A stretch of DNA of 64,000 nucleotides from an uncultured Acidobacteriota bacterium. GTDB lineage: Bacteria; Acidobacteriota; Vicinamibacteria; Vicinamibacterales; 2-12-FULL-66-21. Positions 50,037 through 58,914 of the stretch are shown piece by piece. Under the pieces are notes generated by a model that worked only from the letters and a program-made list of their open reading frames with translations, made no database searches and was not told the DNA's origin. Every line of letters starts with the position of its first letter. The stretch's first letter is position 1. The translations under genes were made by a program, and so were the position numbers. The DNA is taken from assembly GCA_963785755.1 (NCBI GenBank), contig CAWAXG010000025.1, positions 42,613 to 106,612 of the forward strand, read 5' to 3'.

Positions 50037-51779
50037 TCAGCGGCTCAATACGTCCGGCAGCGATTCCATGAACGCGCGGACCGCCGCGATCTGCCCGTTC
50101 TCCGAGATGAACTCGAACGCTGATGGACTGACCGAACGGGCCCGCGACGGTGCGCCGACGTTGGCCAGCATGACCGGCAGTTCGCCGATCAATCCGGCGA
50201 GCGCCGCCCACGCCGGCATGTCCAGCATCGCGATGACGTCGAGCGCATTGCGGCTCCGCCACGGCTCGCCTTCCTGCCAGTGTCTCGTCAGCTCCCGCCG
50301 CAGGACGTAGAGATCGAACTGGACCTCGCGGTCGGTGCACTGGAGAGTGGCGAGCGTGCCGAGCAGCCGCTCTGCCGCGAACATGGACACATTCCTGTGA
50401 AGAACGGCCCATCCGACCTGGAACACCGTCACCAGGTCCTGACCCGCCAGAAAGTCCTCGGGCAGCATCGTCGTGGGCACAGCGGCGGCGGGATCGGGCT
50501 GCGATCGCGGCAGCCACTGAGGCGGCCAGTTCTCCAGGCCGAGGTTGCAGGTCGCCGCGGCGGCTTCGAACGCCTCCTTCTGCGTCATCGAACGCGCCTG
50601 GACCGGGCATCCCGCCAGGAGCACGTTCGCCAGGAACCCGAGCTCCTGGCTCCGCAACGACGCGGAATCACGATCACCCGCGGACTGCATGTGATCCGTC
50701 AGACGCGGAAAGCGCATCGGAGCTTCGTCCGACTCGCTGAGCAGGGCGAGCGGCGGCTTCGGGCAGACGCCAGCCTCGTGGAGCACGCTCACGACGGCGG
50801 CAACTGCAGCGTCCTGCGCGCCAGACGTGATCGGATCGCTTGCCTCTCGTGCCGATCGAGACTCGAGATGCGGCGCCGATTCATCGCTCCACGCGGCATT
50901 CCGGAGATACGCGGCGAAGATCGGGCTGACTTGTGGCTGGCCCCCCTGTTCGAGCCGGAGTTGACGTGATGAGGCAAGAAACGCGGACGCCTGCGGCGGC
51001 GTCACGTAGCCCTGGTGCTCCCTGCGACTTTCCCGATCGATCCCCAAGTCGAACAGGCCCTGCTCGGAATCCATGAGCAGATCGTCAAGCCCGTCGACTT
51101 CCGGCTTCGAGTTGGACAGACGGCGGCAGCCCGCCATGACGCGATGGAAAGTGTCTGGCCGTTCCTCGCTCAGGGCAATCAATACGGCGATGACCGCGTC
51201 CCATGAATCAGTCCGCCTCGCCACGACGGTGTAGCCGCCGATCTCGCGATGCAGATCACGCTCGCGAGCAGGCGTGATCTCGATATCGTCGTCCCCTTCC
51301 GCCGAGGGCTCAAAGACCCCAGAGTCGAACACGGCGATTTGAGGCGCGAGTCCCGCTATCACCAGGTCGGCGTCGAGCTCGGCGAGCCGGTGGGCCGCGG
51401 CAACCACGCTGGAGTCGGCGAGCACTTCGAGCCAGATACAGAAACGCGAGGCGTCGAAGCGTTCCACCCCTGGCCGATCGATGCGCCACAGGTCGAGGTC
51501 GAAGACCGCGGACAGCTGCTCGGTCGTCGCCAGCGCCAGCAGCTCGCCGCAATCCTCGAGTCCAACGCGCTGAATCACTCCGTGAAGCAGCTGGGCTGGA
51601 AGTTGAGGGACCACGCGGGCGAGATGGGGCGTGTCGCAGATGCGTGCGAGCAGATCGCGGGGATTCCCGGCAGGCTGCCTGGCGGCGCCGTTACGGCGCT
51701 CGACCGCCGCGCGGGTCTTCGATGCAGGAGAGCCTGTGGCTCGTGGAGCACGGCGCCGACGGCGGCCGGTCTTGGGCAT
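50037..51779 (-). CDS. DUF6178-like protein
   Basis: LARVVPQLPAQLLHGVIQRVGLEDCGELLALATTEQLSAVFDLDLW, RREHQGYV, ELGFLANVLLAG, TCNLGLE; family assignment from memory. Confidence 0.75.
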   Translation of the reverse strand: MPKTGRRRRRAPRATGSPASKTRAAVERRNGAARQPAGNPRDLLARICDTPHLARVVPQLPAQLLHGVIQRVGLEDCGELLALATTEQLSAVFDLDLWRIDRPGVERFDASRFCIWLEVLADSSVVAAAHRLAELDADLVIAGLAPQIAVFDSGVFEPSAEGDDDIEITPARERDLHREIGGYTVVARRTDSWDAVIAVLIALSEERPDTFHRVMAGCRRLSNSKPEVDGLDDLLMDSEQGLFDLGIDRESRREHQGYVTPPQASAFLASSRQLRLEQGGQPQVSPIFAAYLRNAAWSDESAPHLESRSAREASDPITSGAQDAAVAAVVSVLHEAGVCPKPPLALLSESDEAPMRFPRLTDHMQSAGDRDSASLRSQELGFLANVLLAGCPVQARSMTQKEAFEAAAATCNLGLENWPPQWLPRSQPDPAAAVPTTMLPEDFLAGQDLVTVFQVGWAVLHRNVSMFAAERLLGTLATLQCTDREVQFDLYVLRRELTRHWQEGEPWRSRNALDVIAMLDMPAWAALAGLIGELPVMLANVGAPSRARSVSPSAFEFISENGQIAAVRAFMESLPDVLSR

Positions 51780-51908
51780 GGGCCGGCGATGATATCCACC
51801 AACGCGCCCCAGAAACAGTCTTGAACGGCGCTGCCGCGCGAAGGATAATAATGGTACCTTCCTGAACCTGCATCGCGCACAATATCCGACGCCGATTGCG
51901 GCGCTCAC

Positions 51909-53352
51909 TTGTCCAAAACCACCGAAAAGCAGCCTGCTCAGCTCGTCCGCGGTCTGACGCTCACGGACACGACGGCTCTGGTCGTCGGCACGGTGATCGG
52001 CACCGGCGTCTTCCTCAAATCGGCCATCATGGCCCAGGATGCGGGAACGCCGCTGCTCGTGCTCGCGGCATGGGTGGCCGCCGGCCTCCTGTCGCTCGCA
52101 GGCGCGCTGACCTACGCGGAGCTCGGCGCGATGCTGCCGCACGCCGGCGGCGAGTACGTCTACCTGCGCCGGTCCGTACGGCGAGCTGTCGGCGTTTCTC
52201 TTCGGATGGATGCGCTTCGTCGTGGCCGGATCCGGGTCGATCGCAATCCTGGGAGTCGGCTTCGCCACGTTTCTTTCCGCCATCGTGCCGATGAACACGA
52301 CCTGGGCCCACGCGACGTACAACTTCATGGGGCGCACCATGGAATGGCGATTCGGCCTCACGCAGGTCGTCGCGATCGCCGCGATCGCGTTCTTTGCCGT
52401 CGTCAACTGCCTCACCGTCGTCGTCGGCGGCCGGGTTCAGACGGCGCTGACGATCCTGAAGGTCGGCGGCATCGCGATGGTCGTGTTCGGCATCGCCTTT
52501 CTCTCGCCCACTGGCGACTGGGCGCACCTGGCGGCGCCGTCGAGCGGCGATCGCGGCGGCGCGGCCGCCTTCGGGCTGGCGATGCTGGCGGCGCTGTGGG
52601 CCTACGACGGGTGGAACAACATGCCGATGGCCGCGGGAGAGGTCAAGGATCCGGGCCGCAACGTGCCGCGTGCGCTCATCGGCGGAATGGTCGCCGTGAT
52701 GGCGATCTACTGTGCGGCGAACCTGGCGTACTTCTACGCCCTGCCGTGGGTCGAGGTGCTGACTTCGAACTCGACGGCCCACCGCGACGCGCTGCCGATC
52801 GCGACGAAAGCGGCGCAGACCGCGTTCGGCGACGGCGGCGGCAAGCTGATGTCGATCGCATTCGTCCTGTCGGCGTTGGGCGCCTTGAACGGCTCGACAC
52901 TGACCGGCGCGCGCGTGCCGTTTGCCATGGCGCGGGATGGCCTCTTCCCCGCCCGGGCGGGAGTCCTCGATCAGCGGACGCGGGTACCCGTTGCGGCCGT
53001 TTTGATGCAGGCCGGCTGGGCGTCAGTGCTCGCGGCGTCGGGCACCTACGATCAGTTGACCGACTACGTGGTCTTTGCGTCCTGGATCTTCTACGGCCTG
53101 GTCACATCCGCGGTCTTCGTCCTGAGATTCCGGGCACCTGAACTTCCCCGGCCTTACAGGACGTTCGGGTATCCCGTGGTGCCGCTGGTCTTCGTCCTCG
53201 TTGCGGCCTGGCTCGTGGTCAACACGCTCATCAACCGTCCGGTCGAGTCGGTCTCGGGCCTGGTGCTCATCGCGGTTGGGATGCCTGTCTATTGGTACTT
53301 CCATCGGGCGAAGCGATTGGCGACCGCTCGCACGCCTGGCGCCCCAGTCTGA
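51909..53352 (+). CDS. APC family amino acid permease (frameshift near 52175)
   Basis: [54 protein letters not shown]. Confidence 0.92.
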
Positions 53353-53442
53353 TCGTTCTTTGCAAACGGGCTTCGGCACGCGCCCGACGACTGCTGATCG
53401 AAGTCCGGGACATCGGGCTCGACTGGGGATAGCATGCCGCTA

Positions 53443-54603
53443 ATGAATACAGCAGCGATCGTCCTTTCCGCTTTGCTCGTCCAGGCAGTGACCCAGACGC
53501 CTGCGGCTCCGCAAGGCGCCGCGCCGCCGGCGCAGCAACCCGGGCCGCGCCCGGTACCGCCGGCGCGCGATCCGCGCACACCAGGCTTCGTCGCCGCGAC
53601 CGAACTGCCCGATGGCGCCGTTCCGCCAGCGGACAAGGACGGCAACTTCATCATGGGTCCCACGCACGAGCCCGCCCCGGAAATGACCGTGCAGGATGGC
53701 GTGCCGCGCGGGACGGTCCACACCTTCACGATGAATTCGGCCGACAGCAGGCTGTACCCCGGCATCGCGCGTGAGCCTGGCACCTTCGGGACACCGGATC
53801 CCACGGACCCTGCCAAGCTGGTCGTCACGACAAGTCATCCAGCTCCGTACACGCGCCGGGTCGCGGTCTACGTCCCGGCGCAGTATGTTCCCGGCACCGA
53901 GGTGCCCTTCATCGTCGGCGCCGACGGCCCCGATCAGCTGCTGTTCACGGCGCTCGATTCGCTGATCGCGCAGAAGCGCGTGCCGATGATGGTGGCGATT
54001 TCCATCGGCAATGGCAGCGGCGATGCGCAAGGGAGCCAGCGCGGGCTGGAATACGACACCATGTCGGGCAAGTACTCGGACTTCGTCGAGACCGAGGTGC
54101 TGCCGCTCGTCGAGAAGCAGTACGGCGTCATACTCACGAAAAACCCGGACGGGCGGGCGACGATGGGCTGCAGTTCAGGCGCGGCGGCGGCGCTGAGCAT
54201 GGCGTGGTATCACCCGGAGCGCTACCACCGGGTGCTGTCGTACTCCGGCACCTACGTGAACCAGCAGTGGCCGCCGAGCGCCGAGACGCCGCATGGCGCC
54301 TGGGAATACCATGAACGCCTGATCCCGAACAGCCCGGTCAAGCCGATCCGGATCTGGCTGCAGGTCGGAGACAGAGATCTGCTGAACCCCAACATCATGC
54401 GCGACGACATGCACGACTGGGTGCTCGCCAACCAGCACATGGCCAGGGTGCTCGCCGCGAAAAGCTACAAGTATCAGTTCGTCTTCAACCGCAATGCCGG
54501 GCACTGCGACCGCGCAGTGAAGCAGCAGACGCTGCCGGCCGCGCTGGAGTGGCTGTGGAAAGGTTACGCGCCCGCCGCAAAGGGCGCTCAGCCCGCCAGG
54601 TAA
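53443..54603 (+). CDS. Secreted alpha/beta hydrolase, enterochelin-esterase-like
   Basis: RRVAVYVPAQY, RGLEYD, GCSSGA nucleophile elbow, NAGH; TAGCAT 7 nt before the ATG at 53443. Confidence 0.85.
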   Translation: MNTAAIVLSALLVQAVTQTPAAPQGAAPPAQQPGPRPVPPARDPRTPGFVAATELPDGAVPPADKDGNFIMGPTHEPAPEMTVQDGVPRGTVHTFTMNSADSRLYPGIAREPGTFGTPDPTDPAKLVVTTSHPAPYTRRVAVYVPAQYVPGTEVPFIVGADGPDQLLFTALDSLIAQKRVPMMVAISIGNGSGDAQGSQRGLEYDTMSGKYSDFVETEVLPLVEKQYGVILTKNPDGRATMGCSSGAAAALSMAWYHPERYHRVLSYSGTYVNQQWPPSAETPHGAWEYHERLIPNSPVKPIRIWLQVGDRDLLNPNIMRDDMHDWVLANQHMARVLAAKSYKYQFVFNRNAGHCDRAVKQQTLPAALEWLWKGYAPAAKGAQPAR

Positions 54604-56051
54604 CTCCGGACCTGCACGATCACCAGCCAGCCCGCGAAGTAGCCATAGAACGCCGTCGCGAACCACAACATGCCCAGCCGCACACCGCGCACGCGCAGCG
54701 CCGGCGGCAGGCCCCGGCGATTGAGCTGAATCAGCAGGATCGAATACACGAACATCACCATGCCGTTGAGGCAGGCGGCGATCACCAGCAGCAGCAGCGG
54801 CTGGTTGACGCCCGACAGCAGGATGATCGAGCCGGCGGCGATCGTGCTCCACACCACGATGAAGTAGATGCGGCTTTCCGTCCATCGTTGATTGTTCGTC
54901 AGGTACACCGTCTTGAGGACGTCGGCGACGATCCGCGAGATGTAGTCGATGACGCCGAGCGCCACCAGCACCAGCGAGACGGCGCCGAAGACCCAGAAGA
55001 ACGTCCCGAACCAGGGCGCGACGGCCGCTTTGAGGGCCTGCCCCTCGGCAAGGATGAATCCGAGGTTGGCCCCTTCGGAGATTTTCTGTCCGTAGACGGT
55101 CGAATAGGCCAGCACCGAGAACACGGCGATCGAGAAGATGCAGATGAACCAGAACGACACGAGCTGTTCCTTGTTGGCCACGACCCACCAGCCCTGGAAC
55201 CGCCGCAGATTCTCCGGGTCCTGCCGCAGCATCGAGCCGGTGGCCGGCGCGGCGACTTCTTCGCCGGTGATCGGCGACACGATGCGCGGGATGTAGGCGC
55301 CCATGCCGAACCCTTTGTCGCGGATCCAGTTGCTCTGCGCCAGGTTGTTGACGCCGCCGGCCCCGGCAAACACCAGTCCGCTCAGGACCAGCGAAACGGG
55401 CAGGATGTTCGTGTCCGGCAGCCGTCCGATCTCGGTGACCATCGACGACAGCTCGGTCCAGGCCGACGCGCGGATCGCCATGACGATCGCGAGCACCAGG
55501 AAGACGAGCGTGAGGCCGACCTTGAAGAACTGCGCCCGCTCGAGCGTTTGATAGACGACGGGAGAGACGGTCAAGGCAATGCCCGCGGCGACGAGGACAC
55601 CGCACGTGATGAGCGGGACGTCGCCGCCGCCCATCAGGAACGTCAGGATGGTCACACCGCTCGTGGCCCAGCCCGGCCACATGTTCGGCACGATCGTGAA
55701 CAGGCAGAACAACACGCCCCACGGCTTCCAGAACCGCACGAAGCCGGCGACGGCCGTCTCCCCGGTCGCCAGCGTGTACCGTTCGATCTCCATGTTGAGG
55801 TAATACTGCACGGTGACGCCGAGCACCGCCGCCCACAGGAAGCCGAGCCCCACCGTGGAGGCCATGTAGGGCCAGATGATGTACTCACCCGACCCCACGC
55901 CGAGGCCCGCGAGGATGACGCTCGGACCGAGGACTTTGCTGAGCGGCAGCGGCTCGGGCATGTCCTTGTACGGCATCGGCGGCAGGTTGCCGTTCGGGGC
56001 AGGATCGAAGTACTCGACTGGCGCAGCGGGCTGGACGTCGGACGCTCTCAT
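54588..56051 (-). CDS. Nramp-like/LeuT-fold membrane transporter
   Basis: LGPSVILAGLGVGSGEYIIWP, EIERYTLATGET, about 11 TM helices; lacks the canonical MntH DPGN motif. Confidence 0.8.
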   Translation of the reverse strand: MRASDVQPAAPVEYFDPAPNGNLPPMPYKDMPEPLPLSKVLGPSVILAGLGVGSGEYIIWPYMASTVGLGFLWAAVLGVTVQYYLNMEIERYTLATGETAVAGFVRFWKPWGVLFCLFTIVPNMWPGWATSGVTILTFLMGGGDVPLITCGVLVAAGIALTVSPVVYQTLERAQFFKVGLTLVFLVLAIVMAIRASAWTELSSMVTEIGRLPDTNILPVSLVLSGLVFAGAGGVNNLAQSNWIRDKGFGMGAYIPRIVSPITGEEVAAPATGSMLRQDPENLRRFQGWWVVANKEQLVSFWFICIFSIAVFSVLAYSTVYGQKISEGANLGFILAEGQALKAAVAPWFGTFFWVFGAVSLVLVALGVIDYISRIVADVLKTVYLTNNQRWTESRIYFIVVWSTIAAGSIILLSGVNQPLLLLVIAACLNGMVMFVYSILLIQLNRRGLPPALRVRGVRLGMLWFATAFYGYFAGWLVIVQVRSYLAG

Positions 56052-56082
56052 CCCGAGATACTACTCACAATCGGGGCAATCT

Positions 56083-56478
56083 TCTTCTTTCACAAGGAGG
56101 ACGGGAGGATCATTGGGCGCGGAATCGGTGATCCGTGATCGGCGATCGGTGATCGAATGGGGACTCGGGGACTGGGGACTCGGGATCGGGGTGGTGGGCG
56201 GGTCACTTCGATGGCCGCCGGCATTTCCGTTGTGTTTCTGTGCGTCACTGATCCGGGGATCGATTCCGGAATCGGGGATCGGACCCGGAACGCGCGATCA
56301 CGACAACAAGATCGGAAAGCCGGCGGCCATCGAAGTCGACCCGCCCACCACCCCGAGTCCCGAGTCCCCAGCCCCGAGTCCCGATTCCGATCACCCGATC
56401 ACCCGATCACCGATCACCGATCACCGACTTCCGCACCCCGTGATCCTCCCGTCCTCCCGTCCTCCCTGTGAAAAAAGA
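56083..56478. repeat. 396-bp nested palindrome built from several tandem-repeat layers
   Basis: Termini TCTTCTTTCACA / TGTGAAAAAAGA; GGAGGACG, GGTGATC and GGGACTC arrays mirrored on both arms; 43-bp inner arms 56187-229 / 56313-355; centre CGATTCCGGAATCG at 56261-74. Confidence 0.92.
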
Positions 56479-56503
56479 CCTCCCTGGCGCGCGCGCGGGC
56501 TCC

Positions 56504-57788
56504 CTAGACCGGTTCACCGGCGCGCCTCTCGGGGCCATCGTCCTCAGCCAGAATGGCCACCGGCACCTCGCGTCGATAGGCGCGCAGCGCCGGCGTTGCG
56601 GCCGTGATCCAGGCCGTCGCGAGCAGGCATCCAAAACCGCCGGTGATCACCGAGGCCACCGGGCCGAACTGGTTGGCGACCAGGCCGGCTTCGAGCTCTC
56701 CGAGCTGCGGCCCACCCATGAAGAAGACCATGTTGACGCCGAGCATGCGGCCTCGCAGCCGATCCGGCGTCTCGAGCTGGCGAATCAGATTGCGGAACAC
56801 CGTGCTCACGGTGTCAGCGGCTCCAGTCAGCGCGAGGCAGAGGAAGGTCAGCCAGAACACGCGCGAGGCGCCGAACGCGATCGTGGCGAGGCCGTAGATC
56901 GCAATGCTCGCGATGAGCACCCGGCCGCGGCGCTCGATCACGTCGACCGCCCGCACCATCACGGCGCTGGCGAGCAGCGCGCCGGCGGCGGGTGCCGCAT
57001 ACAGCCAGCCGTAGCCGCGGGCGCCGACGTGGAGGATGTCCTGGGCAAAGATGGGCAGCAATGCTGTCGCCGACGAAAAGAACGTCGCGAAGAAATCCAT
57101 CAACATCGTCGACCGGATGAGCGGCTGGCGAAACACGAAGCGCAGCCCCTCCAGCGCCGCGGCCACGGTGAAGTCGCCGCGTCCGGCGGTGTCGCCGCCG
57201 CGGGATCCGGCCGGCCGCATCATCAGCAGTGCGCCGATGACGACGAGAAATGACAGAGCGTTGAGCGCGTAGACCCACCAGATCCCGGCGGTGGCGATGA
57301 CGAGGCCGCCGAGCGCCGGACCGAGTACCGGCTGCGGTCTGCAGCATGATGCTGTTCAGGCTGATGGCGTTGGGCAGGTCCTCTCGCGGCACGAGATTCG
57401 GCGTGAGCGCCTGCCGCGCGGGGACGTCGAACGCGCCGGCGGCGGAACTGACTGCGGTCAGCAGATAGATCGGCCACACGACCGAGAGCCCGCGCACCGT
57501 CAGAATCGCGAGGATCGCGGCGAGCACCGCCATCGCCGACTGCGTGATCAGCATCACCTTCCGCCGGTCGAACGCGTCCGCGGCGACGCCGCTCACCAGC
57601 GAGCAGATGATGATGGGGACGACCCGCACGAGGCCGACGATGCCGAGGGCAAGGGCGCGGCGGTCATCGGGGACGAGGATCGACACGTGCCACAGGACCG
57701 CTGCCGACTGCATCAGGCTGCCGGAGAACGAAATCAACAGGCCGATCCACAGAAGGCGGAAGTTGCGGTGGCGCAGGGCGGCGAACAT
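56504..57788 (-). CDS. MFS transporter (EntS/MFS_3-like; frameshift near 57330)
   Basis: MFAALRHRNFRLLW, GVAADAFDRRK, FDVPARQAL, TPDRLRGRM, GGPQLGELEAG. Confidence 0.9.
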
Positions 57789-57822
57789 GCACTCCTATGC
57801 TAACCAGACGACGTCGATCCCG

Positions 57823-57849
57823 GATCACCGATCACCGATCACCGATCAC
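57823..57849. repeat. GATCACC heptamer tandem array (x4)
   Basis: gatcacc gatcacc gatcacc gatcac between the divergent MFS and ATP-grasp genes; same unit as in 56083-56478. Confidence 0.8.
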
Positions 57850-57865
57850 GATTAAGATCAGTACG

Positions 57866-58819
57866 ATGTCCACGCTCGATCTGGTGGTGCTGCACGAGCA
57901 CCCCGAATGGCAGAAGCCGCTGTTCGAGGCGTTGACGCGCCGCGGCGTCGCGTTCGCGCCGTTCGATCTCACCCGTGCCGCGTTCAGCAACGACGAGGCG
58001 CCCCGTGCGCGGCTCTATTTCAACCAGGCCAGTCCCAGCGCGTATCTGCGCGGGCACACGCGGGCCGTGCCGCTCGCGCTTGCCTACATGCGATCGCTCG
58101 AGCTCCTGGGCGCCCGCGTACTCAACGGCGCCGACGTCTTCGCGCTGGAGTTGAGCAAGAGCGCTCAGGCCACGCTGCTGCGGACGCTCGGCATCGACAC
58201 TCCGCGCTCGATCACCTTCAACGACGTTCGTGCGCTCGATCGATTTGCCGGCGACATCCGATGGCCCGCCGTGCTCAAGCCGGACCAGGGCGGCAGCGGC
58301 GCGCGCATCCAGGTCGTCGAATCGCTCGCGGAGGTCGAGGCGATCTTCACGCGCGATCCCTCGATCTGGCTGCCCGACAACCTGTTCCTGCTGCAGGAGT
58401 ATCTGCCGCACGACCCCGACCAGGGCATCGTGCGGCTGGAGTTCCTGGGCGGCGAGCTCCTCTACGCCATGCGCGTGAAGACGCACGGCCGCTTCAACCT
58501 GTGTCCCTCGCCGGTCTGCAATCCCGATGACGGCGAGTCGGCGTGCGAAGTGCCGAGCGAGCCGGCCGCCGCCGCGCCGGCCGTCGAGTTCGCACCCTTT
58601 CCGGACGTACCCGCCGATGCCGTTCGCGTCGCCAAAGAGATCGTGCGGGCGGCCAGGCTCGATGTCGGCGGCATCGAGTATCTGGAAACCCCTGATGGCC
58701 GGCGCGTGTTCTACGACATCAACGCCAACTCGAACCTCCGGCCGTCGGTGGCCGCCGCGTTCGGCTTCGATCCGTTCGAGCGCGTGGTCGATTACCTGGT
58801 GGCGCAGCTGCAGCGCTGA
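57866..58819 (+). CDS. ATP-grasp ligase (RimK/alpha-L-glutamate ligase-like)
   Basis: WPAVLKPDQGGSG, LLQEYL, GGIEYL, YDINANSN; Cys cluster FNLCPSPVC..C. Confidence 0.85.
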   Translation: MSTLDLVVLHEHPEWQKPLFEALTRRGVAFAPFDLTRAAFSNDEAPRARLYFNQASPSAYLRGHTRAVPLALAYMRSLELLGARVLNGADVFALELSKSAQATLLRTLGIDTPRSITFNDVRALDRFAGDIRWPAVLKPDQGGSGARIQVVESLAEVEAIFTRDPSIWLPDNLFLLQEYLPHDPDQGIVRLEFLGGELLYAMRVKTHGRFNLCPSPVCNPDDGESACEVPSEPAAAAPAVEFAPFPDVPADAVRVAKEIVRAARLDVGGIEYLETPDGRRVFYDINANSNLRPSVAAAFGFDPFERVVDYLVAQLQR

Positions 58820-58914
58820 GGTACAGTTCGCTCCGGCTCACACGGTCCCGATCGTCGGTCCCGCGGCCCTTCAAGTTTTTCCGGTCCATTCTCGCTGTTC
58901 AAGATGGAGGCCCA

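Noticed and set aside
51780-52415. Long N-terminal extensions in the ORF track (792-aa DUF6178, 764-aa M14, 579-aa S1)
   Set aside because: The extensions overlap neighbouring genes; family similarity begins at internal starts (51779, 49944, 35343).
56083-56478. Possible CRISPR array
   Set aside because: Units are 7-8 nt tandem repeats in inverted arms, with no unique spacers and no cas genes.
55876-56607. ORFs across the large palindrome (PESRVPSPESR, DHRSPIT peptides)
   Set aside because: Translation products of heptamer repeats; they overlap real genes on the opposite strand or lack coding features.
57797-58914. RiPP (graspetide) cluster around the ATP-grasp gene
   Set aside because: No precursor peptide ORF nearby, and the enzyme resembles RimK-like ligases rather than MvdC/D-type enzymes.
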